Shown here: positions 1 to 12,000 of the stretch, piece by piece
How the letters are laid out: every line of letters begins with the position of its first letter
Position numbering within the stretch: the first letter of the stretch is position 1
From: an uncultured virus (IMG/VR IMGVR_UViG_3300031851_000010)
Taxonomy: Duplodnaviria > Heunggongvirae > Uroviricota > Caudoviricetes
Direction: 5' to 3' (one strand)
Virus record (IMG/VR): IMGVR_UViG_3300031851_000010
Length of the DNA stretch: 20,000 nt
Program-made: the position numbers and the translations under genes
The notes under the pieces: generated by a model
The model's database searches: none
The model's input: the letters and a program-made list of their open reading frames with translations, nothing else
What the model was told of the DNA's origin: nothing

Positions 1-1
1 T

Positions 2-3000
2 ACGGACACTGGTGGTTGGAAAGGTAGTACTCAAGGACTAAAAGGTAATCATGGTGTTGACGGTGATAAAGGTTTAAAAGGTGTACAGGGACCTGTAGGG
101 CCAACAGCTAATAGAGGTACAAGTGTTGATGGACCACAAGGTGATAAAGGTAGAAAAGGGTTAAAAGGTCTCAAAGGTAGATTTGGTACTATAGGTACTA
201 GTTGGGCGTTCCAAAATGATGGTGATAAAGGTTTAAAAGGACCACAAGGTCCAACATCCACTGAAGTGGGTCCGAAAGGTGAAAAAGGTAATCGTGGAGT
301 TCAGGGTGAAGAGGGTATTAAAGGTGCTATTGGAGATAAAGCCAGTCAAGGACCTGTAGGTTTACAAGGTTCAAATTCAGATAAAGGTATTGTTGGTGAT
401 AAAGGTAATAAGGGTTTAAAAGGACCACAAGGACCTAAAGGTGTCAAAGGTATTGAAGGTGAAAAAGGTAAAAAAGGTTCTTTAGGACCACAAGGACCAG
501 TTTCACAATCGGGTTCATCTGCGGATAAAGGACTTAAAGGACTTAAAGGTCTTCAAGGAACAAAAGGTCCGAAAGGTATTCAAGGTACTCAGGGATTACA
601 AGGACCAATAGCAAGTGTTGGTTCACAAGGACCCATAGGACCTAAAGGTCCAACAGGAGAAAAAGGTATAAAAGGGCTGATAGGTGTTAAAGGTCTTAAG
701 GGTGTGAAAGGTCTTAAGGGTGTGAAGGGACATAAAGGACTTATTGCTGTAAGTGGTGATAATGGTCAACAAGGTCCAACGGGGGCTCAAGGACCAATAG
801 GTTATAAAGGGGACAAGGGACTTAAAGGTCTTCAAGGAACAAAAGGTCCGAAAGGTATTAAAGGACCACAAGCCAGTACAACTACACAAGGACCACAAGG
901 ACCACAAGGATTACAAGGAATCACTTCAACAGATAAGGGTATTAAGGGTCAAAAAGGGTTAAAAGGTGTAAAGGGTTTAAAAGGTTTAAAACCTAATAGA
1001 GGTACTCAAGGAGGTATCGGTACACAAGCATCACAAGGACCTACTGGACCAACAGGACCTAAAGGTGATGATAAAGGTCAGAAAGGTCTAAAAGGTATTA
1101 AAGGTCTAAAAGGTAATAGAGGACCACAAGGACCTCAAGGTGCGATTGGTAATCAAGGTAGTATAGCCTCGACAGGTGACAAAGGTATAAAGGGTGTAGT
1201 TGGACCAACACCATTCAAAGGACTTAAAGGTCTTAAGGGTAATAAAGGTTTAAAAGGACCTAAAAATTCACAAGGTCCACAAGGTCCAACAGGTAATCAG
1301 GCGTCTATAGGTGATAAAGGTAATCGAGGTGCTACTTCAACCGATAAGGGTCTTAAGGGACCTAAAGGTTTAAAGGGTATTGAAGGACCTAAAGGACCTA
1401 TTGGGTTACAAGGTCCACAATCAAGTACAGGAACTGTAGGGGAACAGGGACCACAGGGTGACCAAGGACCACAAGGTCCAACTTCAACTGATAAAGGTAT
1501 AAAAGGACAAAAAGGTTTAAAGGGTTTAACTGGTGGACGTGGACCACAAGGAAGTGATGGTGTAAGAGGAGGTAAAGGACCGCAAGGGCCAACAGGTAAC
1601 AGAGGTAATATTGGTGTATCATCCGACAAAGGTAATAGAGGTCCACAGTCTGAGGAAAAAGGACTTAAGGGTCCTCAAGGCGATAGAGGTTCACAATCTA
1701 CTGATAAGGGTCAAAAAGGTCCACAAGGAAGTAGAGGGAGTCAAGCCGCACAAGGACCAACAGGACCGGCAAGTACCGATAGAGGTCCGGTTGGTAATAG
1801 AGGACAACAAGGAAAACAATCTACTGATAAAGGTCAAAAAGGTCCACAGGGACCACAGGGGGACCAAGCCGCTGCAGGACCAACGGGTCCACAAGGTCCA
1901 ACCAATGACACTAAAGGTCATAAAGGGTTAAAGGGTTTAAAAGGAGTTAAAGGTAATAGAGGTAGTCAAGGTCCAAGAGGACCACAAGGAGCAACATCAA
2001 CCGTAAAGGGGTATAAAGGTATAACCAGTACTACTAAAGGTATTAAAGGACAGAAAGGTTATAAAGGACCTAAAGGGCCAAGAGGTTCTGTTGGTAATAG
2101 AGGGGCACAAGGTGCGACATCAATAGTAAAAGGGGCGAAAGGACCAAATAATTCTGAAAAAGGGCTAAAAGGACTAAAAGGTTTAAAAGGGCCAAAGGGT
2201 AATAGAGGTAACCAAGGACCACAAGGTGTTAGAGGAGCCAATTCAACGGTTAAAGGGTTTAAAGGGATAGATAATACAACTAAAGGTCCAAAAGGTTTAA
2301 AAGGAGTTAAAGGTAATCGAGGAAATCAGGGGTCGCAAGGACCGCAAGGACCAAGAGGTTCAGCTTCAACTACACAAGGACCAAAAGGTCCAACTAATAA
2401 TACTAAAGGTCAAAAAGGTGCAGTTGGTGATTCAGGAATAAAAGGTGATAAAGGTATACGAGGACCGCAAGGACCAAGAGGAAATGATTCAACAGTAAAA
2501 GGATTAAAAGGACAGCCAAGTACTGAAAAAGGTTTAAAGGGACTTAAAGGGCCAAAAGGGCCGAAGGGTAATAGAGGTAATCAAGGACCTCAAGGGTCAA
2601 GAGGAAATGATTCAACAGTAAAAGGACCAATAGGACCGTCAAGTTCAGAAAGGGGTCTACAGGGTGTTAAAGGATTAAAAGGGCGAAAAGGGCCAAAGGG
2701 ACGTAAAGGTATTAAGGGACCACAAGGTTCTCAATCTACAGATAAAGGTCAAAAAGGTTTTATAGGTACAGATAAAGGTCTTAAAGGTCTACAAGGTAGT
2801 AAAGGACCTAAAGGAAATAGAGGACCACAAGGCTCACAAGGACCAAGAGGTCTACAATCTACAGATAAAGGTATAAAAGGTTATAAAGGACCAAGAGGTT
2901 CAAATGGACCAACAGGTCCAGGTGGGTCAAATGGGTCAGGTGGTCCAACAGGGCCAACAGGTGGTGGAGGTTCAAATGGACCAACGGGACCACAAGGACC

Positions 3001-3745
3001 AGCAGGTACTGAAAAAGGGTTAAAGGGTCTTAAAGGACTAAAAGGCCCTATTGAAAAACAAGGTAGTCAAGGACCAATAGGTCCGCAAGGTAATACTTCA
3101 ACAGTAAAAGGACCAACAGGGCCAATTGGTAATGACCTTGGACCAACAGGTCCAACAGGACCACAAGGTCCGGCAAGTACGGATAAAGGTCCGATAGGAC
3201 CAAAAGGACCAACATCAACAGTAAAGGGGGTAAAAGGACTAAGAGGGCCAATTGGTAGTACGGGACCAAGAGGAGGACAAGGAACAAGTGGACCACAGGG
3301 ACCGACAGGACCACAAGGACCGGCTGGTAGTGGTGGTGCGACAGGGCCAACTGGTGGACAAGGACCTAAAGGTCCAAAAGGACCAAGAGGTTTACAAGGA
3401 CCACAGGGACTACAAGGTCCAGCATCAGATAAAAGATTAAAAAATAATATTAAATCTTTAAAAGGTAATCTAAGTAAGTTAAAATTAATTGACGGTGTAA
3501 AGTTTACATGGAAAGGTGGGTCAACTAAATTTGAAAATAATTATGGTGAAGATTTTGGATTTATCGCTCAAGATATTGAAAAAGTTATACCTGAAGTTGT
3601 ATTTAATAGTGAGAGTGGTTATCTAAAACTTGAGTACGGTAAATTAGTTGCGATTGGTATAGGTTCTATACAAGAACAAAACACACGTATTGAAAATATA
3701 ACAGATAGAATTAACATATTAAAATCAAAAATTTTAAATGGGTAG
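2..3745 (+). CDS. Collagen-like fibre protein A with C-terminal peptidase S74 autochaperone; 5'-truncated
   Basis: Frame 2 is open from nt 2 ([20 protein letters not shown]...) into the GTG at 266, so 266 is not the real start. About 1130 aa of interrupted Gly-X-Y follow, then SDKRLKNNI...GVKFTWK...[15 protein letters not shown]...LEYGKL at 3425-3745. Stop is TAG. Confidence 0.9.
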   Translation, partial: TDTGGWKGSTQGLKGNHGVDGDKGLKGVQGPVGPTANRGTSVDGPQGDKGRKGLKGLKGRFGTIGTSWAFQNDGDKGLKGPQGPTSTEVGPKGEKGNRGVQGEEGIKGAIGDKASQGPVGLQGSNSDKGIVGDKGNKGLKGPQGPKGVKGIEGEKGKKGSLGPQGPVSQSGSSADKGLKGLKGLQGTKGPKGIQGTQGLQGPIASVGSQGPIGPKGPTGEKGIKGLIGVKGLKGVKGLKGVKGHKGLIAVSGDNGQQGPTGAQGPIGYKGDKGLKGLQGTKGPKGIKGPQASTTTQGPQGPQGLQGITSTDKGIKGQKGLKGVKGLKGLKPNRGTQGGIGTQASQGPTGPTGPKGDDKGQKGLKGIKGLKGNRGPQGPQGAIGNQGSIASTGDKGIKGVVGPTPFKGLKGLKGNKGLKGPKNSQGPQGPTGNQASIGDKGNRGATSTDKGLKGPKGLKGIEGPKGPIGLQGPQSSTGTVGEQGPQGDQGPQGPTSTDKGIKGQKGLKGLTGGRGPQGSDGVRGGKGPQGPTGNRGNIGVSSDKGNRGPQSEEKGLKGPQGDRGSQSTDKGQKGPQGSRGSQAAQGPTGPASTDRGPVGNRGQQGKQSTDKGQKGPQGPQGDQAAAGPTGPQGPTNDTKGHKGLKGLKGVKGNRGSQGPRGPQGATSTVKGYKGITSTTKGIKGQKGYKGPKGPRGSVGNRGAQGATSIVKGAKGPNNSEKGLKGLKGLKGPKGNRGNQGPQGVRGANSTVKGFKGIDNTTKGPKGLKGVKGNRGNQGSQGPQGPRGSASTTQGPKGPTNNTKGQKGAVGDSGIKGDKGIRGPQGPRGNDSTVKGLKGQPSTEKGLKGLKGPKGPKGNRGNQGPQGSRGNDSTVKGPIGPSSSERGLQGVKGLKGRKGPKGRKGIKGPQGSQSTDKGQKGFIGTDKGLKGLQGSKGPKGNRGPQGSQGPRGLQSTDKGIKGYKGPRGSNGPTGPGGSNGSGGPTGPTGGGGSNGPTGPQGPAGTEKGLKGLKGLKGPIEKQGSQGPIGPQGNTSTVKGPTGPIGNDLGPTGPTGPQGPASTDKGPIGPKGPTSTVKGVKGLRGPIGSTGPRGGQGTSGPQGPTGPQGPAGSGGATGPTGGQGPKGPKGPRGLQGPQGLQGPASDKRLKNNIKSLKGNLSKLKLIDGVKFTWKGGSTKFENNYGEDFGFIAQDIEKVIPEVVFNSESGYLKLEYGKLVAIGIGSIQEQNTRIENITDRINILKSKILNG
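1988..2848 (+). repeat. Seven tandem 123-bp (41-aa) degenerate super-repeats within collagen A
   Basis: Units such as [17 protein letters not shown](GXY)8 and [17 protein letters not shown](GXY)8 were counted by hand as 41 aa each. Confidence 0.85.
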
Positions 3746-6700
3746 AGACATTAAAATAAATCCAACGGGTGGGACAATCAGTTTTTCAGGTACTAATAGT
3801 ACTATGATTAATATTGACTATAATAGTGGTGAATTAAATTTCAACACCCACTTAGGTAATGATTTTAAAATTACTTCAAACTTAGAGTTAGATAATATAA
3901 AGTTTATGCCGTCTGTTTCAGTAAAGAAAGAGAATAGTAACGAACTAATTGATGACTTAGGTAAGTGGAAGGGTTACCCTATGAATATGATTGGACCGAC
4001 TGGTACACAAGGTCCAAATGGACCTACAGGTCTTAAGGGTAGTAGAGCGGTTGATGGAGAAAAAGGTTTAAAAGGTAAAAAAGGTTTAAAAGGTATAACT
4101 TCTACTGAACAAGGTCCACAGGGTGACCAAGGTACTAAGGGGTTAAAAGGTATCAAAGGAGAAAAGGCTAACCAAGGACCTATAGGGCCAACAGGTGTCA
4201 AAGGTCAAATAGGTCCTCAGGGTAATACAGGACCAATAGGTCCGACATCTTTAAAAGGTCCAGTAGGACCACAAGGGTTTAAAGGTTTCAAAGGTAATAA
4301 AGGTATAAAGGGATTAATTGGTGACTCACTGAAAGGTCCTACAGGATTATCGGCGAGTAAAGGTAACCAAGGACCCACAGGTACTAATAAAGGACCAATT
4401 GGTCCAAAAGGTGAGGTAGGTGTAAAAGGACCTCAAGGACCAATTGGGATTACTGCAAATGTAGATGTTTATGTTTTCTATGACGCGACATCAATGCCAA
4501 GTGATAAAGCTAAAGAAGCTTCGCAGAGTGTTAGAGATTGGTTCCAAACGGTAAATGGTGATGGTGATATTAATAAACTATACGAGGGGGTAATTGGTAA
4601 AAATTCTCATAATGGTGAAAACTGGTTATGGTGGGCATCTTACCCATATCTTGGTTCACTATCCGGAGGTACCTTATCTGATAACACACAAATTAATGAA
4701 TTTAATAGTGCTGTACCTAATGCAACTTATCAATCTGATTATTGTAAGTCTAACTCAGGTGGTAATTGTGTACCAAGAAACTCACAATTTAATGATGGTG
4801 AAACGATATATAGAAGAATTAACAGAGGTGTTAATTTAGATACAGGTGCCGCTGAAACAATATCTCAGGGTGTACCTTTTGACCATAGTGATTTAAATAA
4901 TACGGAAACATCGGGACAAGGTTCATTTGGTGGTGATAATACTAACTATTTGGTAATTATTGTTGCTGATGAGTCAGATGGTCTTGTTGGTTTATATCAT
5001 GGACAGGTAGGTGGGACTAATAGTAATCCAACTAAGAGTGATTTGTATAATAAACCATTTGAATTAAATGGTAATTATTGGAATAATAATGCGGGTGATG
5101 AATATACGAATAGGTATTTACACGATTACTGTTCTTATGTTCAAGTATATGAAGATATTATATCCAATAGAGGGGGTAATGCTCAAGGTTTAGTTTATCC
5201 AGTTGTAAACCCACTTAGAGGTACTTCAACTTATGCGTTTGTTCAACATGCAGTAGCAGCAATTGAGGGTAGTACCATCACTAGTAATGAGTTTTTAAAC
5301 AGATATGGTGATAACATAACTTCAGTTGGTCCTGAAAACTTAAATTTAAGTGCATTAACAAGAACAAATGTATATTCAGGTTTAACGTCTGAAACTTGTT
5401 ATACAAATTTAGAAAGTAGTTTTAAAAATGGTTCAGGACTAAAACATTTTGGATTTGATGTTGACCCTACTGTTAGTAATTTTACGGAATCCGTTGTTAC
5501 AAACGCTTTAACGTCTTTTCTAAGACAACAAGGTGAAACTGGTGACGAAGGTAATAAAGGAATCGCTGGTGACGATAAAGGAACTAAAGGATTAAAAGGA
5601 TTAAAAGGATTAAAAGGTTTAAAAGGGGCTAAAGGACCTGATACCGATAGTGGAACAAAAGGTGTGGTAGGTGAAAAGGGACCTATCGGTGTTGATGGAC
5701 CTGTTGGTGATTTAAAAGGTCCAAAAGGTGAAGTTGGAGTTGTTGGACCAAAAGGTATTAAAGGACCTGATGGTTCCATAGGTGTTTCACCCAAAGGTCA
5801 AATAGGTCCTGATGGTGACCAAGGACCTACAGGTGGTAGAGGTGAAACTTCTACCGATAAAGGTGAAAAAGGTATTAAAGGTAGAAGAGGTAATAAAGGT
5901 CTTAAAGGTATTAAAGGTGTCAAAGGTCTAATAGCTAGCCAAGGAGATACGGGACCAACAGGTCCTCAATCCGATAAAGGTCTGACCGGTAATAAAGGTG
6001 ATAAAGGTCTCAAAGGTTTAAAAGGTCGAAAAGGATTACTTGGTCCACAAGGACCACAAGGAGCAATTGCTGACCAAGGAGCTCAAGGTCCAGTTTCACA
6101 AGATGGTGAGGGAGCGGATAAAGGTCTTAAAGGACTTAAAGGATTAAAAGGGTTAAAAGGTAAAAAGGGTATTGATGGGACAAAAGGACCTCAAGGGCCA
6201 ACAAGCCAAGGTAATGAGTTAGGACCTACAGGGGAAAAGGGTCAAAGAGGACCACAGGGAGATAAAGGTAATAAAGGTTATAAAGGATTAAAAGGTAAGA
6301 AAGGTGTTAAGGGACCTAAAGGACCTAAAGGTTTAATCGCGAGTCAAGGTGATGGAGGACCACAAGGACCAACGGGACCAGTGGCGGACCAAGGTAATAA
6401 AGGACTTAAAGGATTAAAAGGTAATAAAGGTTTTAAAGGGTTAAAAGGTTTAATAGGGCCTCAAGGAAATAAAGGACTTAAAGCCAGTCAAGGTGATGCG
6501 GGCCCACAAGGTCCTGAAAGTATCAAAGGGCAAAAGGGTTATAAAGGTATCAAAGGTCAAAAAGGTTATAAAGGACCACAAGGTAATAAAGGACCTAAAG
6601 GTTTAAAAGGGTTAAAAGGTGTTACTGGTGATAAAGGTTTAATAAGTGTATCTGCAGGTGACAAAGGAATTAAAGGTCAAAAAGGTTTTAGAGCCACTGA

Positions 6701-9059
6701 TGGTGATAAAGGTATAAAAGGTCAAAAAGGTTATAAAGGTCCAGATGGTAGTAGAGGTACTACTTCAACAGTTAAAGGTCTTAAGGGTCAAAAAGGTCTC
6801 AAAGGATTAAGAGCAACTGATGGAGTAAAAGGTAGTAAAGGATTAATAGGTATTAAGGGACCAAGAGGACCACAGGGTGGAAGAGGAACAACAACAGGTA
6901 CTGGTGGAGAACAAGGACCACAAGGTCCAACAGGTCCGGCAGCATTTAAAGGACTAAAAGGAATAAAAGGTTATAAAGGACCTAAAGGACCTAAAGGGCC
7001 GAAAGGAACACAAAGTACATCTCAAGGACCTACAGGACCTGGAGGAGATAATGGACCAACAGCCTATAAAGGACTTAAAGGTCAAAAAGGTATTAAAGGG
7101 GCTTATGGACCAAAAGGTCCAATAGGTTCAGCGACAGGAGATGGTGGACCTCAAGGTCCAACAGGGGATAATGGACCGACAGCATTCAAAGGGTTAAAAG
7201 GGTTAAAAGGACATAAAGGGTATAAAGGACCTAAGGGACCACAAGGACCATCAACTGCCGATGGAGGACCACAAGGTCCAACAGGTCCGGCAGCATTTAA
7301 AGGTATTAAAGGTAAAAAAGGGACTAAAGGACCTAAAGGATATAAGGGACCTTTAGGACCACAAGGAGCGACAACAGGTGTTGCTGGTGATAAAGGACCA
7401 CGAGGTCCTCAAGGACAGACAGGACCGACAGCATTCAAAGGATTAAAAGGTACAAAAGGTTTAATAGGACCTAAAGGACCGACAGGAAATCAAGGAACAC
7501 AAAGTGGTCCAACAGGTCCAACAGGTGCAGGTGGACCCGCAGCATTCAAAGGGTTAAAAGGGTTAAAAGGACATAAAGGGTATAAAGGACCTTTAGGACC
7601 ACAAGGAACTGGTAGTTCAGTTAAAGGTTATAAAGGAGAAAGAGGGCCAAATGGACCGACCGCTCAAAATGGTGATACAGGTCCAACAGGACTAAAAGGA
7701 CCAAAAGGTCCACAAGGACCGACAGGTCCTCAAAGTACTTCAAAAGGACCAAAAGGTGCTGTAGGTATTGGAGGTCCAGCCGCTTTCAAAGGACTAAAAG
7801 GTATTACAGGTGAGAAAGGTTTAAAGGGTCAGTTAGGACCTACAGGGCCAGCAAATAGTGATAAAGGTACTCGTGGTCCACAAGGAACAACTAATACAAC
7901 TAAAGGACCAAAAGGACCAAAAGGTCCACAAGGTGGTAGAGGTCCACAAGGTGGTAGAGGACTAATAGGTACCCAAAGCACATCTCAAGGACCGACAGGA
8001 CCAATAGGACCATTAGGACCAAAAGGTTTAAAAGGACATAAAGGAATTAAAGGTTACAAGGGCCCAAGAGGACCTCAAGGGTCGAAAGGGTCACAATCAT
8101 CTAAAACAGGACCAAGAGGACCACAAGGTCCGAGAGGTAATGCTTCTACAGATAAGGGTCAAACAGGTATCGCTGGAAATCCCGGACCACAAGGACCAAC
8201 AGGACCAAAAGGTTATAAAGGTTATAAAGGACCTAAAGGGTATAAAGGTCGACAAGGTGGTAGTGGTCCACAAGGTCTTCAAGGTCCACAAGGACCAAGA
8301 GGCCCACAAGGGTCAGATGGACCAGCAGCGTTATCTGGACCAACAGGACCAAAAGGTTTAAAAGGTAATAAAGGTATAAAAGGACCCACAGGTGGTGCGT
8401 TTTGTTTCGCTCATGACATTGCGGTAAGAGCAGGTGAAGATTGTGCGTATTGTAATGGTAGAAGTAGCCCATGTGGAGATAAGGTAAATTTGACTGTATA
8501 TAAAGGTGATATACAACCATTAGCTCAGGGTGATATCCTCTATACTGACCCAGATTGTAAAGATTGTAGAGAATTTGAGGGATTACCATGTATGAGAAAT
8601 CTATCTACAGATTTTATAACTATATGGGACGCGGTCAACTTAGGTGGAGTTTTATTTTCATGGGTAATTACACCACCACCTAAATCAGTAGTAAATGCTT
8701 GTGAAATATATGCTTGTGCCGATTGTAGGGCTTCTGATAGTAGACTTAAACATGGTACTAAAACATTAAGTGACTCTTTGAATAAGTTACTAAAAATTAA
8801 TGTTACGGAATATGATTGGAATGAAAATTATACAGGATATGACTTCTTAAAGGAAAGACAAAAATTACATTCAATTGGTATGATAGCACAAGAAATAAAC
8901 TTATTATATCCTGAAGTAGTTTATAGAAGGGATGATGGTTATTTAGCTATTAAGTATTATAAATTAAATGCATTAATTATTGAAGCGATTAAAAGTCAAC
9001 AAGTATTTATTGAAGACATAGAGGAACAAATAAACTGGTTAAGAACACAAATAGATTAA
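3738..9059 (+). CDS. Collagen-like fibre protein B (1773 aa): N-domain, collagen, vWA-like insert, collagen, Cys-rich domain, peptidase S74
   Basis: ATG overlaps the upstream stop by 8 nt. Gly-X-Y tracts flank a 359-aa globular insert (4455-5531). A 111-aa 10-Cys segment lies at 8400-8732, followed by SDSRLK...YDWN...GMIAQE...PEVV...IKYYKL from 8733. Confidence 0.9.
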   Translation: MGRDIKINPTGGTISFSGTNSTMINIDYNSGELNFNTHLGNDFKITSNLELDNIKFMPSVSVKKENSNELIDDLGKWKGYPMNMIGPTGTQGPNGPTGLKGSRAVDGEKGLKGKKGLKGITSTEQGPQGDQGTKGLKGIKGEKANQGPIGPTGVKGQIGPQGNTGPIGPTSLKGPVGPQGFKGFKGNKGIKGLIGDSLKGPTGLSASKGNQGPTGTNKGPIGPKGEVGVKGPQGPIGITANVDVYVFYDATSMPSDKAKEASQSVRDWFQTVNGDGDINKLYEGVIGKNSHNGENWLWWASYPYLGSLSGGTLSDNTQINEFNSAVPNATYQSDYCKSNSGGNCVPRNSQFNDGETIYRRINRGVNLDTGAAETISQGVPFDHSDLNNTETSGQGSFGGDNTNYLVIIVADESDGLVGLYHGQVGGTNSNPTKSDLYNKPFELNGNYWNNNAGDEYTNRYLHDYCSYVQVYEDIISNRGGNAQGLVYPVVNPLRGTSTYAFVQHAVAAIEGSTITSNEFLNRYGDNITSVGPENLNLSALTRTNVYSGLTSETCYTNLESSFKNGSGLKHFGFDVDPTVSNFTESVVTNALTSFLRQQGETGDEGNKGIAGDDKGTKGLKGLKGLKGLKGAKGPDTDSGTKGVVGEKGPIGVDGPVGDLKGPKGEVGVVGPKGIKGPDGSIGVSPKGQIGPDGDQGPTGGRGETSTDKGEKGIKGRRGNKGLKGIKGVKGLIASQGDTGPTGPQSDKGLTGNKGDKGLKGLKGRKGLLGPQGPQGAIADQGAQGPVSQDGEGADKGLKGLKGLKGLKGKKGIDGTKGPQGPTSQGNELGPTGEKGQRGPQGDKGNKGYKGLKGKKGVKGPKGPKGLIASQGDGGPQGPTGPVADQGNKGLKGLKGNKGFKGLKGLIGPQGNKGLKASQGDAGPQGPESIKGQKGYKGIKGQKGYKGPQGNKGPKGLKGLKGVTGDKGLISVSAGDKGIKGQKGFRATDGDKGIKGQKGYKGPDGSRGTTSTVKGLKGQKGLKGLRATDGVKGSKGLIGIKGPRGPQGGRGTTTGTGGEQGPQGPTGPAAFKGLKGIKGYKGPKGPKGPKGTQSTSQGPTGPGGDNGPTAYKGLKGQKGIKGAYGPKGPIGSATGDGGPQGPTGDNGPTAFKGLKGLKGHKGYKGPKGPQGPSTADGGPQGPTGPAAFKGIKGKKGTKGPKGYKGPLGPQGATTGVAGDKGPRGPQGQTGPTAFKGLKGTKGLIGPKGPTGNQGTQSGPTGPTGAGGPAAFKGLKGLKGHKGYKGPLGPQGTGSSVKGYKGERGPNGPTAQNGDTGPTGLKGPKGPQGPTGPQSTSKGPKGAVGIGGPAAFKGLKGITGEKGLKGQLGPTGPANSDKGTRGPQGTTNTTKGPKGPKGPQGGRGPQGGRGLIGTQSTSQGPTGPIGPLGPKGLKGHKGIKGYKGPRGPQGSKGSQSSKTGPRGPQGPRGNASTDKGQTGIAGNPGPQGPTGPKGYKGYKGPKGYKGRQGGSGPQGLQGPQGPRGPQGSDGPAALSGPTGPKGLKGNKGIKGPTGGAFCFAHDIAVRAGEDCAYCNGRSSPCGDKVNLTVYKGDIQPLAQGDILYTDPDCKDCREFEGLPCMRNLSTDFITIWDAVNLGGVLFSWVITPPPKSVVNACEIYACADCRASDSRLKHGTKTLSDSLNKLLKINVTEYDWNENYTGYDFLKERQKLHSIGMIAQEINLLYPEVVYRRDDGYLAIKYYKLNALIIEAIKSQQVFIEDIEEQINWLRTQID
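6933..7865 (+). repeat. About 40-aa degenerate super-repeats (GP[AT]A[FY]K anchored) within collagen B
   Basis: Spacings between GPxAxx units were counted as 40, 40, 37, 46, 37, 40 and 40 aa. Confidence 0.75.
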
Positions 9060-12000
9060 TGGCTAATATTATAATATATCCTACGGGAAGTACATTAAAC
9101 ACCAATCCACATATAATTTTTAGTGGTACAGGTGTTGATTATACTATTGAAATAGATACTACAGGTGATTTAGTATTTAAGTCTTCTACAAATATTTTTA
9201 AAATATCTGATAGTGCTACTCCATTATCATTACCAGGTGAGGTTAATGTTATTAATAGTGAACTTTATGTTGGTAGTATGATGGTAGTTGACTCTGGAGG
9301 TCATTGGGTTGGGCAGACAGAAGGTCTTAAAGGTCAAAAAGGTCTCAAAGGACTACAAGGTGTTGACGGTGATAAAGGTTTAAAAGGTAATAAAGGTATT
9401 CAGGGAATCGTTGGACCTACAGGTGATAAAGGTGACTTCGGTATCAAAGGTGGTATTGGTTCTGACGGAGAAAAAGGAATCAAAGGTGAGCTTTCAGTCA
9501 AAGGGGATAAAGGTAACCGAGGACCACAAGGTGAGAAAGGTATTGTTGGACCTAAAGGGTTAAAAGGGTTAAAGCCGTCAGACTCAACAAAAGGTCTTAA
9601 AGGACCAACAGGTCTAAAAGGGTTAACATCTTCAGATAAAGGAACTAAAGGTCCGACAGGTCTTAAAGGTGTTAAAGGAAATAAGGGTCTAAAACCTGAA
9701 CAAGGACCAAAAGGTAGTATAGGTGGTGATTCACCTCAAGGGCCAACAGGTTTAAAAGGGCCGACATCATCAGATAAAGGTCAAAAAGGACCAAAAGGTA
9801 TAAAAGGTGTAAAGGGACAAAAAGGTATTCTTGGAAATCAAGGTCCACAAGGTGATAAAGGTGTTAGGTCGACAGATGGGGATAATGGACCACAAGGACC
9901 AACAGGACCTACCGCTGATAAAGGACCTATTGGTAACAAAGGTATAAAAGGTCTTACAGGACCACAAGGTCCGCAAGGTCCTGATGGTATTGTAGGTGTA
10001 CAAGGACCTGATGGTGATTTAGGACCAAGAGGTCCACAATCTACAGACAAAGGTGATAAAGGTATCAAGGGTATTAAAGGTATCAAGGGTATTAAAGGAC
10101 CTAAACAAGGTAGAGGTGTAATAGGTACACAAGGTGAAAAAGGATTTATCGGACCACAAGGTCCAACAGGTCCAGGTGGACCAGCAGCCGTTAAAGGACC
10201 AATAGGTCCACAAGGACCGACAGGACCAAAAGGATTTGATGGAGATAGAGGGTTGCAGGGTGATTCACTAAAAGGACCTACAGGTTCTGGTGGAGATAAC
10301 GGACCTCAAGGACCGGCAAGTACTGATAAAGGTACGAAAGGGTTAAAGGGATTAATTGGTATCAAAGGTATTAAAGGATTAATCGGACCACAATCATCAA
10401 CTAGTTCAGGGTCACAAGGACCTACAGGTCCACAAGGACCAATTGGACCTGCAAGTTCTGACAAAGGTTTAAAAGGACCAGAAGGTACTAAAGGGTTAAG
10501 AGGACCACAAGGGCCTCAGGGACCTCAAGGTAATAATGAAAAGGGACTTATAGGTGATGTTGCCGTTGGTGGAGATATTGGACCAACAAATACAGATAAA
10601 GGACTACAAGGACCTACAGGTGATAAGGGACCTAAAGGTTTTCAAGGACCGAGAGGTACAATTGGTACTTCACCTAAAGGGGCGAGAGGAACACAAGGAC
10701 CAACAGGTCCAACAGCTGAAAAAGGTCCGAGTGGTACGTCCACAAATAAAGGTAATAAAGGTATCAAAGGTATCAAAGGACCGAAAGGTACAGATGGACC
10801 GAGAGGAACTATTGGAAATAGTATAACGGGACCAACAGGACCCAACGGACCAACAGGACCTAATAATGCCGATAAAGGACTTAAAGGTCCACAAGGACCA
10901 ACAGGTCCAACTAATACTGATAAAGGAACACAAGGACCAAAAGGTCCTAGAGGTAATCAAGGTGGACAAGGACCTCAAGGTCCGACAGGACCAAAGGGAA
11001 CTACCGGTGGACAAGGACCGACAGGTCCATCAAGTACTGATAAAGGTATTAAAGGGCAAAAAGGTTATAAAGGTACTAAAGGACCAAATGGCCCCACCGG
11101 TCCTACAGGACCAAAAGGTACTAAAAATACCACACAAGGTGATAAGGGACCATCTTCAACAGATAAAGGTTTAAAAGGTTATAAAGGACCAAAAGGTTTA
11201 CAGACAGGGAGAGGTACACAAGGGTCACAAGGACCTAAAGCATCTAATGGGGCAACAGGTCCTACAGGACCAAAAGGACCTGCAAGTACTGATAGAGGTC
11301 CAATAGGACCAAAAGGACCACAAGGTAATGATGGTAACCGAGGTCCCCAAGGTAGTGCGTCAGGTACAGGTATTCAAGGACCAACAGGACCCAAAGGACC
11401 GGCAGGTAATACTGCAGGACCAAAAGGAGCTATAGGTCCACGACAAAGCCAAGGCTCGCAAGGACCACAAGGTTCTAAAGCTAGTCAAGGTACTAATGGA
11501 CCTACAGGACCACAAGGTCCGGCAAGTACAGATAGAGGTCCACAAGGTAATAAAGGTATTAAAGGTGATTTAGGACCACAAGGGCCTAAGGCAACACAAG
11601 GTTCTGGTGGTGATACAGGTCCACAAGGACCGACAGGTCCATCAAGTACTGATAAAGGTAATAAAGGTTTAAAAGGTGGTCTTAAATCACAAACATCAGA
11701 TAAAGGTATTAAGGGTTACAAAGGGCCGAGAGCGGCAACGGGTCAACAAGGTCCACAAGGACCGGCAAGTTCTGTTAGGGGACCAGAAGGTAATAAGGGT
11801 CCAAGAGGGCCTCAGGGTTCACAAGGACCACAAGGACCTAAAGCTAGTCAAGGTCTTAATGGACCTACAGGACCACAAGGTCCGGCAAGTACGGATAAAG
11901 GTAATAAAGGTATTAAAGGTCCGAGAGGTGGACAAGGTCCACAAGGACCTACAGGTTATCAACCTGGACAAGGTCCACAAGGACCTAAAGGGGCTGTAGG

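Noticed and set aside
266..268. GTG start assigned to collagen A
   Set aside because: The frame is open and collagenous back to nt 2, so the true start lies upstream of the window.
3743..3745. Stop-codon reassignment or readthrough fusing the collagen genes
   Set aside because: TAG, TAA and TGA all end genes at sensible domain boundaries, adjacent genes are in different frames, and the long ORFs are intact under the standard code.
8400..8732. Tip domain as the target of a diversity-generating retroelement
   Set aside because: No second near-identical template copy and no reverse transcriptase are visible in this window.
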